In this document: positions 45,704 to 55,458 of the stretch, in pieces
Layout of the letters: every line of letters begins with the position of its first letter
How positions within the stretch are numbered: the first letter of the stretch is position 1
Assembly (NCBI GenBank): GCA_018400715.1
Contig: JAGYME010000006.1
Coordinates: 611-64,610, forward strand
Origin: Candidatus Bipolaricaulota bacterium
GTDB lineage: Bacteria > Bipolaricaulota > Bipolaricaulia > M55B111
Length of the DNA stretch: 64,000 nt
Reading direction: 5' to 3'
The notes under the pieces: model-generated
Seen by the model: only the letters and a program-made list of their open reading frames with translations
Databases searched by the model: none
What the model was told of the DNA's origin: nothing
Translations under genes and position numbers: made by a program

Positions 45704-48568
45704 TTAATCTTCGTGATCGTTCGTATGAGTTTCTCCCGGGGGTACAATATGAAATTCGATTGAGCCTCCTCTTCTTGAAACGCTTAAGTTCACGTACAAA
45801 TTGGCAACAACGCACTCACGTCTGTCAAATATTTTGTAATGGACCTGGTAGGTCCCAGGGGTGTTCGGAAACGACCCCACCAGCCTGGCCGAATTCTTAT
45901 TTAAGTCCATTGAGAAACTGACACCCTGAGGCAGCTCAGAACTGACCAGATTGGCCTCTATGGCCCCATGTGAAGTAAGTTCCCTTCTGATTTCCGTCGG
46001 TATGGACATGGTCTTGTATACGCTCGAACCACCCTGTATTCCTGAAATATTCCACCTCAGAACCTGTGGGTAGGGACAAGTGGACTCGGAGGCCTGGCAG
46101 CGGGGCAGGTTGACCGTGCTGGACGAGCTGGCCCGTTTTCCGTCGTAGTCAGTTACCTGTGCGGTCAAGGTGACCTCTCCTCCCCCCGGTATATCTAGGC
46201 TTACAGAACGCGAGCCGCTGGAAGGCAAGTTTTGTAGCAGGCGAGAAAAGCCACTCGGCCCCTTTAGCGTTAGAGTCACAGTTCGCGGCAGCTGTCCTCC
46301 GTAAGAGTTCCAGGTCAGCGTGAGGTAATGGCTCGTTTCCTCTTTACATACCTGTGATACTTCCGCTTTCGTTTCGACGCTGATCCTCTCCACCGTTTCC
46401 TGCTTCCGGGTTGCCTGACCAGTCACCCTTACTTCCATGCAGGGGTGATCCAGGTCTATCGTCGTCTGATGTGATCCAGTTTCGGAAGGTGTGTATAGCA
46501 CGGATATAGTTTCGGAGTCACCGGAGTAAAGTTCGTAGGAAGACGGATAGGCGAAAAAGTGGGGTGAGGTCTCCGAAATCGATCCGGTGAGGACACCCGC
46601 CCCGGTATTTTCGACCGTGAACGATCGACTCAGACTCTCGCCAACTTGAGTTGAGCCAAAGTTAAGCGAAGTCGGTTCAACTAGGCATCCGGGTTGTGGG
46701 TGTGGTTCGATATCCACACATAACTGCTCGAGACAGTCAGGATCGATGAACTCATCCGTCGAGGTTTCAATCTTGGCAATCGTGTCGACCGAGGCGGTCG
46801 CACTGGTTGCTGCCCTCGTTACGGCGCTTGTAGAAGCGAGTGCGTGTGACCTGGCATCAGCAGCTGCTTCGGCGGCTGCGGAGGCCCTGGTTAGCGCGTC
46901 CGCACTGGCGGTTGCGTAGGCGTTCGCTTCAGTTGTCGCCCTAGCCATTGCGGTTGCCCAGGCAGCCACGTCAGCCTCCACGTCAGCTATAACGAGTGCT
47001 TTCGCAAACGCAGTTGCATATGCCTGTGCCTGTGCATCGGCGGCCGTTCTTGCTGAAGCAACTGCCTCCGCCAGGGCCGCGGCAGTTGCTTCAGCCGCAG
47101 CGTGTGTATTGGTGTAGACGCTTGCTTCAGCGCTAGCAGCAGAGTACGCCGAGGCAACAGCCTGAGCGGTAGCCGTTACAGCCGTATTGATCTCAACGTT
47201 AACCTCCGCATGTGCTTCAGCAAGAGCAGATGCCGCTGCATATGCGTTTGCCTGGGCATCGGCTTCGGCTTTCGCCGTAGCCGCGAAAGCGCTAACTACG
47301 CCTTCGAGGTCACCGTTTTTACCTGCCCGTTCAGCTCTTTGAGCTGCAGCCTGAGCGTCGGCCGCCGCGTTGGCCGCTGCCTGGGCATAGGAATTCGACT
47401 CCGCCACTGCTTCAGCCATTGCACTAGCAGCTGCTTCAGCATGGGCCATCGCATTCGCTGAGGCCTGTGAGGACGCGCTTGCCCGGGATTCTGCCCGGGA
47501 GACAGCCTCTGCTAACGCCGTTGCCAGGGCCGAGGCTTCAGATCTCGCCGTCGCCAAGGCACTGCTGGATGCACTAGCTGCTGCTTCGGCCCGTGAATAT
47601 GCGGTGGAGACCGCCTCGGCCATCGCCTCAGCCTCCGCCTCCGCTTCTGCTCTCGCCTGGGCGATACCTTCAGCTGACGCCTCCGCCTGGGCACTTGCAT
47701 CGGCGGCCGCTTCCGCCTCGGCGCGGGCCCTGGCCATAGCATTCGCGGCTGCCTCGGCACGGGCTTCCGCCGAAGACTCAGCTTGAGCAACGGCTTCTGC
47801 GATTGCTTCTGCCGACGCGCTTGCGCTTGCCGCGGCCTCGACGATGGCATTTATCGTCCCTGTGATCTCCGTCGTTACCGAACCACAAGGAACTTCTGTT
47901 TCTACAGTTTCATGATATTCTTCTGCTTTGGACCGAGCGCGCGCTATTGCTGTTGACGCAGCCTGAGCGTCCGATCTCGCCCGTGTATACGCTCTGGAAA
48001 TGGCCGAGGCCGACGCCTCCGCTGAGGCTTGAGCCAGAGAAATATCCTCGACGCTTACCTCCGCCCTGGCCCTGGCGGCAGAGGCAGCTTCCGCGCTAGC
48101 TGAAGTAGATGCATTTTCTTGTGCTGTTTGTCTGGCTTCAGCGCGGGCTATCGCGGAGGCTTCGCTGCGCGCCTCTGATATCGCCTGAACGACTGCAGAG
48201 GCATGAGCGCTTGCATCCGCCGCCACCTCGACAAGGGCCTGCATCTCTGCAAGTGAATTAGACTCAGCCAGAGCAGCAGCGGACGCAGCAGAACTTGCTT
48301 CTGCGGACGCGTTTTGAGCAATTGACTCTATCGCTTTTACCTGCCGCCCTACTGCTGATCTCGCGGAATCAGCCGCCTTCGCTGTCGCCTGGGCCTCGGA
48401 GTATGCCTGTGAGGCCGCTTGAGCTGAACTCTTAGCCTCCTGGACTAACTGATCGATAACATCGGATTGGTCTGCTGCCAAGCCGGTAATTATCGAAGTA
48501 CCAGGTAGACCAAAAATTAGTGAAAGTAACAAAACAACTAATACTGAGATACGAAATTTTCTTACCAT
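45704..48568 (-). CDS. secreted protein with about 550-aa (Ala-X)n region and C-terminal Ig-like/ASH-type beta domains
   Basis: Signal peptide MVRKFRISVLVVLLLSLIFG. Long Ala/Glu/Ser/Arg/Gln region. C-terminal PTSLNFGSTQVGESLSRSFTVENTGAGVLTGSI..ISVLYTPSETG is typical of ASH/choice-of-anchor-D-type domains. Confidence 0.8.
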   Translation of the reverse strand: MVRKFRISVLVVLLLSLIFGLPGTSIITGLAADQSDVIDQLVQEAKSSAQAASQAYSEAQATAKAADSARSAVGRQVKAIESIAQNASAEASSAASAAALAESNSLAEMQALVEVAADASAHASAVVQAISEARSEASAIARAEARQTAQENASTSASAEAASAARARAEVSVEDISLAQASAEASASAISRAYTRARSDAQAASTAIARARSKAEEYHETVETEVPCGSVTTEITGTINAIVEAAASASASAEAIAEAVAQAESSAEARAEAAANAMARARAEAEAAADASAQAEASAEGIAQARAEAEAEAEAMAEAVSTAYSRAEAAASASSSALATARSEASALATALAEAVSRAESRASASSQASANAMAHAEAAASAMAEAVAESNSYAQAAANAAADAQAAAQRAERAGKNGDLEGVVSAFAATAKAEADAQANAYAAASALAEAHAEVNVEINTAVTATAQAVASAYSAASAEASVYTNTHAAAEATAAALAEAVASARTAADAQAQAYATAFAKALVIADVEADVAAWATAMARATTEANAYATASADALTRASAAAEAAADARSHALASTSAVTRAATSATASVDTIAKIETSTDEFIDPDCLEQLCVDIEPHPQPGCLVEPTSLNFGSTQVGESLSRSFTVENTGAGVLTGSISETSPHFFAYPSSYELYSGDSETISVLYTPSETGSHQTTIDLDHPCMEVRVTGQATRKQETVERISVETKAEVSQVCKEETSHYLTLTWNSYGGQLPRTVTLTLKGPSGFSRLLQNLPSSGSRSVSLDIPGGGEVTLTAQVTDYDGKRASSSSTVNLPRCQASESTCPYPQVLRWNISGIQGGSSVYKTMSIPTEIRRELTSHGAIEANLVSSELPQGVSFSMDLNKNSARLVGSFPNTPGTYQVHYKIFDRRECVVANLYVNLSVSRRGGSIEFHIVPPGETHTNDHED
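46790..48450 (-). repeat. low-complexity (Ala-X)n coding repeat (approximate bounds)
   Basis: In one 83-residue stretch counted by hand (ASAEAIAEAVAQAE...AEAAASA), 38 of 42 odd positions are Ala, in a single register. The DNA shows GCN every 6 nt. Two short non-repeat interruptions (..EEYHETVETEVPCGS.., ..RAGKNGDLEG..). Confidence 0.8.
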
Positions 48569-48952
48569 GATTTACCTCCTGAATGGTGAAAGTTGTCCGG
48601 ATCACTTCTCGGTTACTTTGGCACTATCACCTCCGTGAAACCACGAAATTGGGAATCACCCACACCAGATCACTGGAAAGCTATGGGCCGATCGATGAAC
48701 TGATTTGAGAAATTTAATGGCACGGAAGGAAGAAGATTGTCAATAAGGGCGCGATTATTAATTTTTCGTAGTGCTCAATAAATTCCTAAATACAAAATTC
48801 CCTATATATATATTATACACGAAACCGAGTGGTTAATCTTTATTTTCCTATATTTCTTCAGTCTATCCCTGGAGATAGAAGATGAGTCTTGAAGTATGAG
48901 GGGGAGGAGTGAGGCGGACGTCATCCAGACATCCGCAAGGGCAACCTCAGCC

Positions 48953-50065
48953 TTAATCCTGGCGAGCTAGATTCCCAACTACGGCTAACGACACCAGATA
49001 GCAAGAAAACAGGGCCCAGAACAACATTGGTCTACTCGGGCGACGGTCGTAGATCTTTCCTTGGCCGGGCTCTGGCAACGGCACCGGATCCCAGGACAAG
49101 TTGTACTTAACTGCCAGCTTCTCAAGGTTTAAGATATGAATTATTGGGATATTCTGTGCTGCCAGGGCGTAAATCACACCGCGCTCTCCAGGTCGAGGAA
49201 GACGATTGATTCTATTTATGCCTGGTTTCAGTTGTAAAACCTCGGCGGAGGTGCCCATGTTCGCAACGGCACCACCGATGTTGATAAACACATCAACGCC
49301 ATCCGCCGCTCGTCGTTGGTAAATGTCAATCCGCTTCTCCACATTCTTCTGGAGAATAGGAATATCGAGAAACTCCGCTCTAGAGTTTTCGATCTTTTCT
49401 TCCAGACTGACCCGGACGTCCTCAGTCAGGCTTCTTCCAATATCGTCCCGCCCCCCGAGCGAGGCTGCCGCAACCCCGAAAGGAATTACCCCTTCTTGAT
49501 AGAGTATCTTGTGGATATCCAGGATCGTCAGATCAACTACGTTTGCGCCCCATATGGAGGCCCCCAATGAATAAATTACAATCGGGTTCGCACCGATCTC
49601 GGCAGCCGCACAGAGAGTTGCAACTGTGGCTCCGGGGAAGGAGCCCGAAGCTCCAATTGCCACGTCGTCACCATCTTCAATACCAGATTCGTGCAACAAC
49701 AGGACCATCAGTGCGGCAAAGTTTGGGCTAGTGGTGGTCCTCTTCGCCTCCAGGTCACCCAGGGTCGTCGTCAACTCCGTAAGTTCTCCCCCAATCAATC
49801 CAGTTCGGTTGGGATCTGAAGAAAGGTTAATAGGTATCCCCATTTCTCGTCTGGTCGCGCTGATTACCTGGTTAGCATAACTCATCCGCTCTGCGGCAGA
49901 CACCATACTGTTATACGGTAACTGCTCATTGTTACGGATGGGTAAGCAATTCAACAAAACGATCGCACAGATACTTACGGCGGCCAGGAGGAAAATATAT
50001 TTTCTCGAAACCTTCGCCCCCCGATAAACTGGAACCCCAGGAGCTTTTCGAGAAAAGCCAATCAC
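48953..50065 (-). CDS. membrane-anchored protein, possibly 'poly-gamma-glutamate system protein' family
   Basis: N-terminal TM helix, then ..DPNRTGLIGGELTELTTTLGDLEAKRTT..GASGSFPGA... From memory this resembles the family that co-occurs with PgsB/PgsC (TIGR04332). Unverified. Confidence 0.35.
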   Translation of the reverse strand: MIGFSRKAPGVPVYRGAKVSRKYIFLLAAVSICAIVLLNCLPIRNNEQLPYNSMVSAAERMSYANQVISATRREMGIPINLSSDPNRTGLIGGELTELTTTLGDLEAKRTTTSPNFAALMVLLLHESGIEDGDDVAIGASGSFPGATVATLCAAAEIGANPIVIYSLGASIWGANVVDLTILDIHKILYQEGVIPFGVAAASLGGRDDIGRSLTEDVRVSLEEKIENSRAEFLDIPILQKNVEKRIDIYQRRAADGVDVFINIGGAVANMGTSAEVLQLKPGINRINRLPRPGERGVIYALAAQNIPIIHILNLEKLAVKYNLSWDPVPLPEPGQGKIYDRRPSRPMLFWALFSCYLVSLAVVGNLARQD

Positions 50066-50132
50066 TTAGCTCACCACCATTTTACCCTGTCCAATGACTG
50101 AGGCGAGCGCACTTAGTATCCAAGCTTTCCCC

Positions 50133-51266
50133 TTAAGTCGACGGCTCGTTAAGATAAGAACCCAATCCCTCAGAAAGCAAGGTACTGTAACCGGGGAGAT
50201 CGTCGATCGAGATTGTTCGATCCGGGTGGGTATCGGAGTAGACACTTAGGATCTCCATGATAGTAATAAGATGACGTCCCACCCTCTCTTCTATAGATAT
50301 CCCATCTTCACCATAATGAGTGTAGAGGAGGTCGTTGTTAGCTGCTTTTAGGTAATACTTGTCCTTCCCGTCTAGTACCAGACCGGCATCCGTCTCTCCC
50401 CTCAGCCTCCCTTGACTTGGGTTGGGCGTTTCCAGCAATATCGGATTGGTGTTTGTCCGATTTCCCCACTCCCTGTGGCTTATCCCGAATAAGTTGGCGG
50501 GTGACCTCTCGAGCTTCATATCAATGTCCTCGAACGCCAGGTTCATTTTGGCGAGTGTCGCAAGTTCCATGGACCCTTCGTGAGCGACGATCGCGTTGGT
50601 CACTGGATATTCCGGTGAAGATTCGTGCAAGTCGAAGGAGACGTCCGGATTTTCCCTCTCGATCAAATTCATTATTCCCCTGGCCAGCTTTTCCGTCAGG
50701 TAACCGGAGTCGCTGCCGGGATAACAGCGGTTAAGGTTCCTAATCTCAAAGCCCGCCAGTTGCTGGCCCGATGCATTCACGTACACGTTTGGATCAGGCC
50801 ACTGGTTTATGGGGTTGGTAAGTCGGGAACCAAACCTGAACTCTCTCTCCCCAGATGAAGTCTCGACCCCAAAATACTGTGGTGCACCCTCTAAAGGCTG
50901 GGTATGGGTGAAGGCACTCAGGTTTGTCCTCGGCACCACTATCAACTTTCCGGTTTCTACCCGGGCGTTTTCAACCATGAGAGTTGCCGTGAGAAAGCCG
51001 GCGGGTTCGTTGGGATGGGTACCACCAAGTATCAGGACCGTTCCCCCTGGCTCCTTACCCTTCAATATATAGGCTTTGGGGTCCATTGCCGTACCTTCAA
51101 GGGAGGGCTCGTAGTCACTCAACTGCTTTATCTCTGTCACTCCCCCACCGGGAACGATCTGCTCCGGATTCCACATAGCAACGAACTTTCTCCCGGAGAA
51201 AAACGCAAGGGCAAGTGCCAGCATCAGAAACAGCGACGCCGTGTATTTGTTGCCTCTTATCTTCAT
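50133..51266 (-). CDS. secreted M14-like zinc peptidase (succinylglutamate desuccinylase/aspartoacylase-type)
   Basis: Signal peptide. ILGGTHPNEPAG (HxxE zinc site) and a downstream DLHESS His. Confidence 0.6.
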   Translation of the reverse strand: MKIRGNKYTASLFLMLALALAFFSGRKFVAMWNPEQIVPGGGVTEIKQLSDYEPSLEGTAMDPKAYILKGKEPGGTVLILGGTHPNEPAGFLTATLMVENARVETGKLIVVPRTNLSAFTHTQPLEGAPQYFGVETSSGEREFRFGSRLTNPINQWPDPNVYVNASGQQLAGFEIRNLNRCYPGSDSGYLTEKLARGIMNLIERENPDVSFDLHESSPEYPVTNAIVAHEGSMELATLAKMNLAFEDIDMKLERSPANLFGISHREWGNRTNTNPILLETPNPSQGRLRGETDAGLVLDGKDKYYLKAANNDLLYTHYGEDGISIEERVGRHLITIMEILSVYSDTHPDRTISIDDLPGYSTLLSEGLGSYLNEPST

Positions 51267-51273
51267 CGATCTC

Positions 51274-51417
51274 CTACTTAATCATCAAACTCCGAAGTAG
51301 CAACGGAATGATTACTAAAGCGCCTATTGCCTGTCTGAACAGATCCTCTTCCTTGATGGTATTATAAATCAATATAATCGTGAGAAGAATCGTTAGTATT
51401 CGGTAAATTATCTGCAT
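51274..51417 (-). CDS. small hydrophobic protein (47 aa)
   Basis: Below the ORF-track cutoff. MQIIYRILTILLTIILIYNTIKEEDLFRQAIGALVIIPLLLRSLMIK. GGAG upstream. Fills the gap between the permease and peptidase genes. Confidence 0.4.
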   Translation of the reverse strand: MQIIYRILTILLTIILIYNTIKEEDLFRQAIGALVIIPLLLRSLMIK

Positions 51418-51441
51418 ATTCTCATCTCCACGCACCCAACT

Positions 51442-52698
51442 CTATTGCCACGGGGATAAAATCATAAATATCCCGTACCCGACAGTCAAAAGTCCAGGAA
51501 TAATGCAATACTTCACAATCTTTACATAGTTCTTCTGTTCCACGACCCGGGCGGCGAAAAGACCGGCCAACGCCGTAGGTGGCATAAGGTCACCCAGCCC
51601 AGCAATGAGGGAAAGAGCAGCCGCGGCTAGGATTTGGTTCTGACTCAACAGCGCAAGCATGAATGGCACACCGAGAATTGACGCGGAGCCGTAAGCGGAA
51701 ACCGCGCCGAACAGCGGCATGCTAATGCCAATTGACAGATAGAGATAGCTTGCCGGAAGACCAATCAACATACCAACGACGAAACCTCTTACCCCGGTCA
51801 AAGTCATAATTTGAATAAACATTCCGACCCCTGCCAGTATACCCATGATCGGCAACGCTTCGTTGACGGCTTCACTCACAGTACCCAATACTCCAAACCG
51901 CTTTCCGCTTATCAACGTAATGGAGGCGCTGATGAGGAAGATTAGCGGCATGCCGAGCGACGGTATAGCTTTGGGAAATACCTGCTCGACCACCAGCAAA
52001 ATCAATAAAATGAAGAAAGGGAGATACAGCTTGATCCCATATTTCGGGTAGAACGACTGTGGCAGGTCCATGGCGTCGACGTCAATTTCCGACAGGTGTT
52101 GATAACCGAGGAATAACACAAAAATTATCGCCAGAGGAAAGGTAATCAAAATCAGGGGGACCGAGAAGCCGATGTAAGGCATATCCACGCCCCCACCGAT
52201 GATCATGGCGGGGATGTTCACGGGAGGAGCTATCATGCCAAGGATCCCTGCCATAGCAATAATGGCCCCCGTCTTGTTCCTTGGTATCCCGATGTTCATC
52301 AGAACTGGAGCTACGATTGCCCCGGCAGTCAAAACGGCTACGGTCGAAGATCCAGTTACCATACCGGGAAACATGGCGAAGAACATGAGGACTATCAGCA
52401 ACAGCAGCGGTTGTCGCCTGAACCCTCTGATGATCTGATTTGCCATGGTGCCCAGCAAACCCGAGCGTTGAATCCCCTTCATATAGATCATGGCGGTAGC
52501 TATCACAAGGACCGTGTCGATATATCCAAAAGTTCCCTCGACAATGTGGCGGATCGGAAACCCCGCCCCGCCAACGAAAGCTCCAATAATGGAGGCAATC
52601 ACTAACGACAGCGACACGGGCAACTTGACGACCATTGCCCCGATGATAAAACTCCCGACCATTGCTAAAAAGGTAATCAGTTCTGGCGTGTATGCCAC
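51442..52698 (-). CDS. ion-transporter-superfamily permease, TRAP DctM-like large subunit
   Basis: 418 aa, about 12 TM helices. DctM-like blocks (..TGSSTVAVLTAGAIVAPVL.., ..GILGMIAPPVNIP..). No DctP or DctQ gene seen nearby. Confidence 0.55.
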   Translation of the reverse strand: MAYTPELITFLAMVGSFIIGAMVVKLPVSLSLVIASIIGAFVGGAGFPIRHIVEGTFGYIDTVLVIATAMIYMKGIQRSGLLGTMANQIIRGFRRQPLLLLIVLMFFAMFPGMVTGSSTVAVLTAGAIVAPVLMNIGIPRNKTGAIIAMAGILGMIAPPVNIPAMIIGGGVDMPYIGFSVPLILITFPLAIIFVLFLGYQHLSEIDVDAMDLPQSFYPKYGIKLYLPFFILLILLVVEQVFPKAIPSLGMPLIFLISASITLISGKRFGVLGTVSEAVNEALPIMGILAGVGMFIQIMTLTGVRGFVVGMLIGLPASYLYLSIGISMPLFGAVSAYGSASILGVPFMLALLSQNQILAAAALSLIAGLGDLMPPTALAGLFAARVVEQKNYVKIVKYCIIPGLLTVGYGIFMILSPWQ

Positions 52699-52871
52699 CT
52701 ATAACACCTTTTGAAGTTCATTACTTTTCTGGCACGATTGCATATACATAATCTCTCTTTATATAGTCTTCTAATATTGATGCAGGTAGACCTGAATCAC
52801 AAAAATATCAAAGAAAACCCGCCATCTCCTGGCGGGGAAATGGCGGGCAAGAAATTCTAGGGTAATTGAAA

Positions 52872-53960
52872 CTATCGCAGTTTTTCGCCTAGTTTGGCCC
52901 CGTCCTCACCCACAATAGTCGACAAGTCAAAGGGAAATTCAAGTTTTACAACAGAACCACCCGACTGTGAGTTGCTATATGCGTTCAAGATTCCTTCGAT
53001 TATCGCAAGTTGATGAAACACCCTTTCCCCAAGGTCCTTCTTTGGGCTGGCATCGGTATCTCCCTGATAGGCGTTAGCAGTCTCAATTAAGAAAGCTTCC
53101 GCCGAGGTTCTATCACCAAATTCGCGGTGACTCAAGCCGTGCGAGCTCTCCTGTGACTGCTCCAGGCGAAAAGAAAACCCATATTCTGCCTCGATATTCA
53201 AAAGTGCTAAGCTGCCAATGGCCGTGCTTTTCGGGTTGCATATCAACGATCGTGACAGATACGACCAAGGCGCAGCTTCGTGCATATCGACGACCACGTC
53301 AATCTCTTCCTCCTTTACCAGCTGGAAAAGAGCGTAACTAATCTTCTGGGTTAGGTTTCCATCCGGTAAGCCGGGGTGCACACGGTTCAAGTTTCTCGAT
53401 TGAGCGGGAGGATAGAAATATTCCGACTGTGGATGAATAAACATATTTGGATCCGGTTCCTGGTCCTCCGGTTGAGTATATCGGATACCAACAGGGATCT
53501 TTCTTGTTTCGCCGGAACGATTTTCTAGGGTAAAGTATTGTACGTCTTCTTCCTCTCTGTTGTATCTCGCACCGCTGTTATTCGCGAAGGGAACTACGTA
53601 AACGGTTCCGGATGGCACTATTCCTCTTTCCACGAGGGTAACCGCCGCGGAATGAGCTGCTGGCTCGTTTGCGTGAGTTCCACCAAGTATCAGCGCTGAT
53701 CCACCCGTATCTTTCCCTTCCATGACGTACACCCTCGTATCACCCGGTGTATCCTTCAGGCTAGAGTGATAGCCACTTAGCCAGCTAACGTCAGTCACCC
53801 CGTAACCGGGGCGGACATCTGTAGAGGAAGGATAGTCGATCTTGGCCAGCGTAGTATCCCCAAAAGCCACAAAGGATAACAGGGCCAGCGAGAGAACTAA
53901 AACAGAGAATATTCTAAGTTTATTATGAGCTTCGAAATTCATTCTATCTCGTCTCCTCAT
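52872..53960 (-). CDS. secreted M14-like zinc peptidase, paralog
   Basis: ILGGTHANEPAA and DMHEAA motifs. Collinear with 50133..51266. Confidence 0.6.
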   Translation of the reverse strand: MRRRDRMNFEAHNKLRIFSVLVLSLALLSFVAFGDTTLAKIDYPSSTDVRPGYGVTDVSWLSGYHSSLKDTPGDTRVYVMEGKDTGGSALILGGTHANEPAAHSAAVTLVERGIVPSGTVYVVPFANNSGARYNREEEDVQYFTLENRSGETRKIPVGIRYTQPEDQEPDPNMFIHPQSEYFYPPAQSRNLNRVHPGLPDGNLTQKISYALFQLVKEEEIDVVVDMHEAAPWSYLSRSLICNPKSTAIGSLALLNIEAEYGFSFRLEQSQESSHGLSHREFGDRTSAEAFLIETANAYQGDTDASPKKDLGERVFHQLAIIEGILNAYSNSQSGGSVVKLEFPFDLSTIVGEDGAKLGEKLR

Positions 53961-53973
53961 GGCTTATCTTATC

Positions 53974-54558
53974 CTACTTGTTGAAAAGCTCTTTCAGTTC
54001 AGGAGCTATGTCTAATCCCTTCTCTTTGGAAACCAGGGGAATGTCGTTTTCCGAACAGAGGTTCGTAAATATGTTATCCTTGTCTGCGCTCTCTTTAATA
54101 ATTACGAAGTCAGCCTCGGGTACAAAGTGATTTATTAACTGATCGGAAATATCACCCCTTCTGGCTTCCCCTTCTACGTGCATTACCATGATGGGAATCG
54201 TGTTTTCTTTGGCGACATCAAACAATTCTTTTCCCCAGGTAATTTCCTCTTCGATCTTAATTCCAGCCGCACCCAACCCTTTATTGCTCGCTCCCAAAAC
54301 CGGAACGAAAGTGTTTGGTAAATTTTCCGTAAAGGCGGAAATTTCTCGTGCTTCCATGTATGTGAACTCAATTCCGGCCTGCTGAAAAAGTACTTTTGCT
54401 ATGACCGCACCGGGGCTCTGACCCAGAGAGACTATTGTTACTGGTTCCTGGAAACTAACCTCTTCCGGTTGAGTTGCCTCATCCTCGGCCACTGCGATAA
54501 TAAAAATTGATACTGTCAGTAAAATAGAAAGTACCACTATAGGTACCATCTTTCTCAT
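53974..54558 (-). CDS. secreted/lipoprotein-like hypothetical protein
   Basis: ATG 54558 lies 7 nt after GGAGGT (preferred over the track start 54594). Signal-like MRKMVPIVVLSILLTVSIFIIAVA. No family recognised. Confidence 0.5.
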   Translation of the reverse strand: MRKMVPIVVLSILLTVSIFIIAVAEDEATQPEEVSFQEPVTIVSLGQSPGAVIAKVLFQQAGIEFTYMEAREISAFTENLPNTFVPVLGASNKGLGAAGIKIEEEITWGKELFDVAKENTIPIMVMHVEGEARRGDISDQLINHFVPEADFVIIKESADKDNIFTNLCSENDIPLVSKEKGLDIAPELKELFNK

Positions 54559-54651
54559 AGTACATACCTCCAATCTAAAGAACTCTTCTCGCAATCAATC
54601 TATTCCCCGGCATCACGTAAAGACAATGATGCCGGGGTTTGATAACGCAGT

Positions 54652-55173
54652 TTAATAGACCACTTCCATTTCTTCGATCCAGTAATTTTTCTGTTCTTTT
54701 GGGGGATATAGTTCTTCCATTTTTTCGTATTCGTCGTTCCACGGCCACATCAATTTCAACGGTCCGCCCATTCTATGGGGTAGGTCATAGCCCCCTGTCT
54801 GGTAGGCTAACATTAGCGGGTATTGCATGGCATGCTCGACCGGTATTTCCGTAACTTCCCCGTCTTCGGCGGTGAAGACTACCTTTTCAGCGTCTTTTGG
54901 GAATCCGAGATAATCTAATAAGGTTTTTACTCTTACGCCCGTAAACTCCTGTTTCCCCGACCAGGGGTCTTCTGATTCGTAGATTTCCTGCGCCAACCCT
55001 TTGATCATGTCCAGGTCGAATTCAAAAGTTTCGTCGCTGTTAGTCAACGCTATAGAACCGGAAGCCGTAAGAATTACGTCTCCTTCTGGAGTGGGAGCAG
55101 TTTTCGCAACGCCGGAAAGAGCCACAAGACCAATTAACAGAGTCGCTACCAAGACAATTTTAAGATGTCGCAT
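54652..55173 (-). CDS. secreted small protein with oxidoreductase molybdopterin-binding-like domain
   Basis: Signal peptide. FTGVRVKTLLDYLG..VVFTAEDGEVTEIP..LMLAYQTGG..GGPLKLMWP resembles the YedY/sulfite-oxidase Moco-domain core. Confidence 0.4.
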   Translation of the reverse strand: MRHLKIVLVATLLIGLVALSGVAKTAPTPEGDVILTASGSIALTNSDETFEFDLDMIKGLAQEIYESEDPWSGKQEFTGVRVKTLLDYLGFPKDAEKVVFTAEDGEVTEIPVEHAMQYPLMLAYQTGGYDLPHRMGGPLKLMWPWNDEYEKMEELYPPKEQKNYWIEEMEVVY

Positions 55174-55458
55174 GTTTTCCTCCTTAAAAAATTATGAAAG
55201 TGGAATAATTAAATGATTCACATACACAAAAGTAACGTAATTTTTCTGGGAAAGTTTACACCCCCCGTTGTGAAAGAAACCCCGTGTCAAATCTTCCTGG
55301 GTTCTGCTCCCCGGGTTTCGTCTTGCCCATGAATCTTTTGTATATTTAATATCCGTTTTGATTATTATAGTCAAATGCCAGAATTTTGCCAGAAAAATAT
55401 CCACTGTTTGACCCTCAACAAAACAAAAGGAATCAATAGAAATTAATTACCACCGTCT

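Noticed and set aside
47102-47850. ORFs 47102..47461 (+), 47512..47850 (-, other frame) and 47604..47786 (+) inside the Ala-rich gene
   Set aside because: They are products of the GCN-NNN periodic tract read in other frames or on the other strand (Arg/Pro/Cys-rich or mirror Ala-rich). Only the 954-aa frame has a signal peptide and folded C-terminal domains.
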